Source: the human T2T-CHM13v2.0 reference genome, Homo sapiens
Length of the DNA stretch: 64,000 bases
Strand: one strand, 5' to 3'
Assembly: GCF_009914755.1 (NCBI RefSeq)
Contig: NC_060933.1
Shown here: positions 62,639 through 64,000 of the stretch, piece after piece
How the letters are laid out: each line of letters starts with the position of its first letter
Numbering within the stretch: position 1 is the stretch's first letter
Notes under the pieces: model-generated
Told to the model about the DNA's origin: nothing
Databases searched by the model: none
The model's input: the letters and a program-made list of their open reading frames with translations, nothing else
Position numbers and translations under genes: made by a program

Positions 62639-63892
62639 ATGAACCTGCCAAGAGCTGAGCGCCTTCGCTCCACACCGCAGCGCAGCCTCCGGGACTCCGA
62701 TGGGGAAGACGGTAAAATCGATGTCCTGGGAGAGGAGGAAGATGAAGACGAGGTGGAAGACGAGGAGGAGGCGGCGAGCCAGCAGTTCCTAGAGCAGTCG
62801 CTCCAGCCGGGGCTGCAGGTGGCCCGGTGGGGCGGGGTTGCGCTTCCCCGAGAGCACATCGAGGGCGGCGGCGGCCCGAGCGACCCCTCAGAGTTTGGCA
62901 CCAAGTTCAGGGCACCGCCAAGGTCTGCGGCGGCCTCTGAAGATGCCCGGCAGCCGGCATAGCCCCCCTACTCGTACATCGCGCTCATCACCATGGCCAT
63001 CCTGCAAAACCCGCACAAGCGCCTCACGCTCAGCGGCATCTGCGCCTTCATTAGTGGCCGCTTCCCCTACTACCGCCGCAAGTTCCCCGCCTGGCAGAAC
63101 AGCATCCGCCACAACCTCTCGCTGAACGACTGCTTCGTTAAGATCCCCCGCGAGCCGGGCCACCCAGGCAAGGGCAACTACTGGAGCCTGGACCCCGCCT
63201 CCCAAGACATGTTCGACAATGGCAGCTTTCTCCGGCGTAGGAAGCGTTTCAAGCGCCACCAACTGACCCCGGGAGCCCACCTGCCCCACCCCTTCCCTCT
63301 ACCTGCTGCACAGGCCGCCCTGCACAACCCCCGCCCAGGCCCTCTGCTTGGGGCCCCTGCCCCGCCGCAGCCAGTCCAGGGGGCCTACCCCAACACCGCC
63401 CCCGGGAGACGCCCTTACGCTCTGCTGCACCCGCATCCTCTTCGCTACCTACTGCTCTCGGCCCCCGTCTATGCCGGGGCACCGAAGAAAGCAGAAGGCG
63501 CGGCCCTGGCGACCCCGGCACCCTTCCCGTGCTGCAGCCCTCACTTGGTCCTCAGCCTTGGGAGGAGGGCAAGGGTCTGGCGTCGCCACCGGGAGGCGGA
63601 TGCATCTCTTTCAGCATTGAGAGTATTATGCAAGGGGTCAGGGGAGCGGGTACAGGGGCTGCGCAGAATTTGTCCCCGACCGCGTGGAGCTACTGCCACC
63701 TGCTCCAGCGACCATCAAGCCTGTTGCATCCCCAGACCGCTGCCCCTTTGCTGCAAGTGTCCGCCGCCGCCGCTGCTCGGACAATTTTGCAGCAATAGCA
63801 GCAGCATCAGGAGGAGGACTGCGCCAACGGCTGCGCTCCCACCAAGGGCGCGGTGCTGGGCGGGCACCTGTCGGCCTCGTCGGCCCTGCTGA
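62639..63892 (+). pseudogene. FOXD4L: FOXD4-like forkhead gene (FOXD4L3/L6-type), intronless, with in-frame TAG at codon 108
   Basis: ORFs 62639..62962 and 62993..63892 share one frame (417 codons plus stop); forkhead motif [20 protein letters not shown]; QPA-TAG-PPYSY where KPPYSY is expected. Confidence 0.92.
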
Positions 63893-64000
63893 GGTATCAG
63901 GCAGTGGCAGAGGGCTCTAGGCTGACATCGCTGGCTGCCCCTTTGGGCGGAGAGGGGACCTCACCAGTTTTTTTAGTATCGCCCACGCCCAGTTCCCTGG

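Noticed and set aside
62575-63521. Antisense ORFs over FOXD4L, and over ZNG1 exon 1 (2427-2696)
   Set aside because: Shadow ORFs of GC-rich coding sequence

Overview
Hominid (human-like) genomic DNA carrying one copy of the ZNG1/CBWD + FOXD4-like segmental-duplication unit, with both genes on the + strand. I read all 15 coding exons of a ZNG1 (CBWD; COG0523 zinc-chaperone GTPase) gene from 2554 to 59273. They sum to 1189 nt, one more than the 1188 nt of an intact 395-aa frame. This copy has two lesions: the exon 5 acceptor reads AC instead of AG (17450-17451), and exon 11 has an extra A (A7 at 45677-45683) giving a premature TGA at 45716. Each lesion has a CAG 6-7 nt downstream that would restore the frame. 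The intronless FOXD4-like gene (62639-63892, closest to FOXD4L3/L6 as I recall them) has a nonsense codon (TAG at 62960) at the start of the forkhead domain. Introns hold a full-length, inactivated L1PA3/PA2-type element in antisense (34970-41044, 14-bp TSD), an internally deleted L1PB, Tigger1, MER elements, an LTR, many Alus and a 35-nt U2 retrocopy. The most interesting hypothesis: the L1 antisense promoter/ORF0 points into ZNG1 exons 11-15, and the extra A puts an ORF0 donor in frame with the ZNG1 C-terminal domain. There are also candidate poison exons and ZTRE-like palindromes in the promoter. The exact paralog and species cannot be fixed without alignment, repeat subfamilies are called from recalled consensus sequences, and single-base lesions could be assembly errors.
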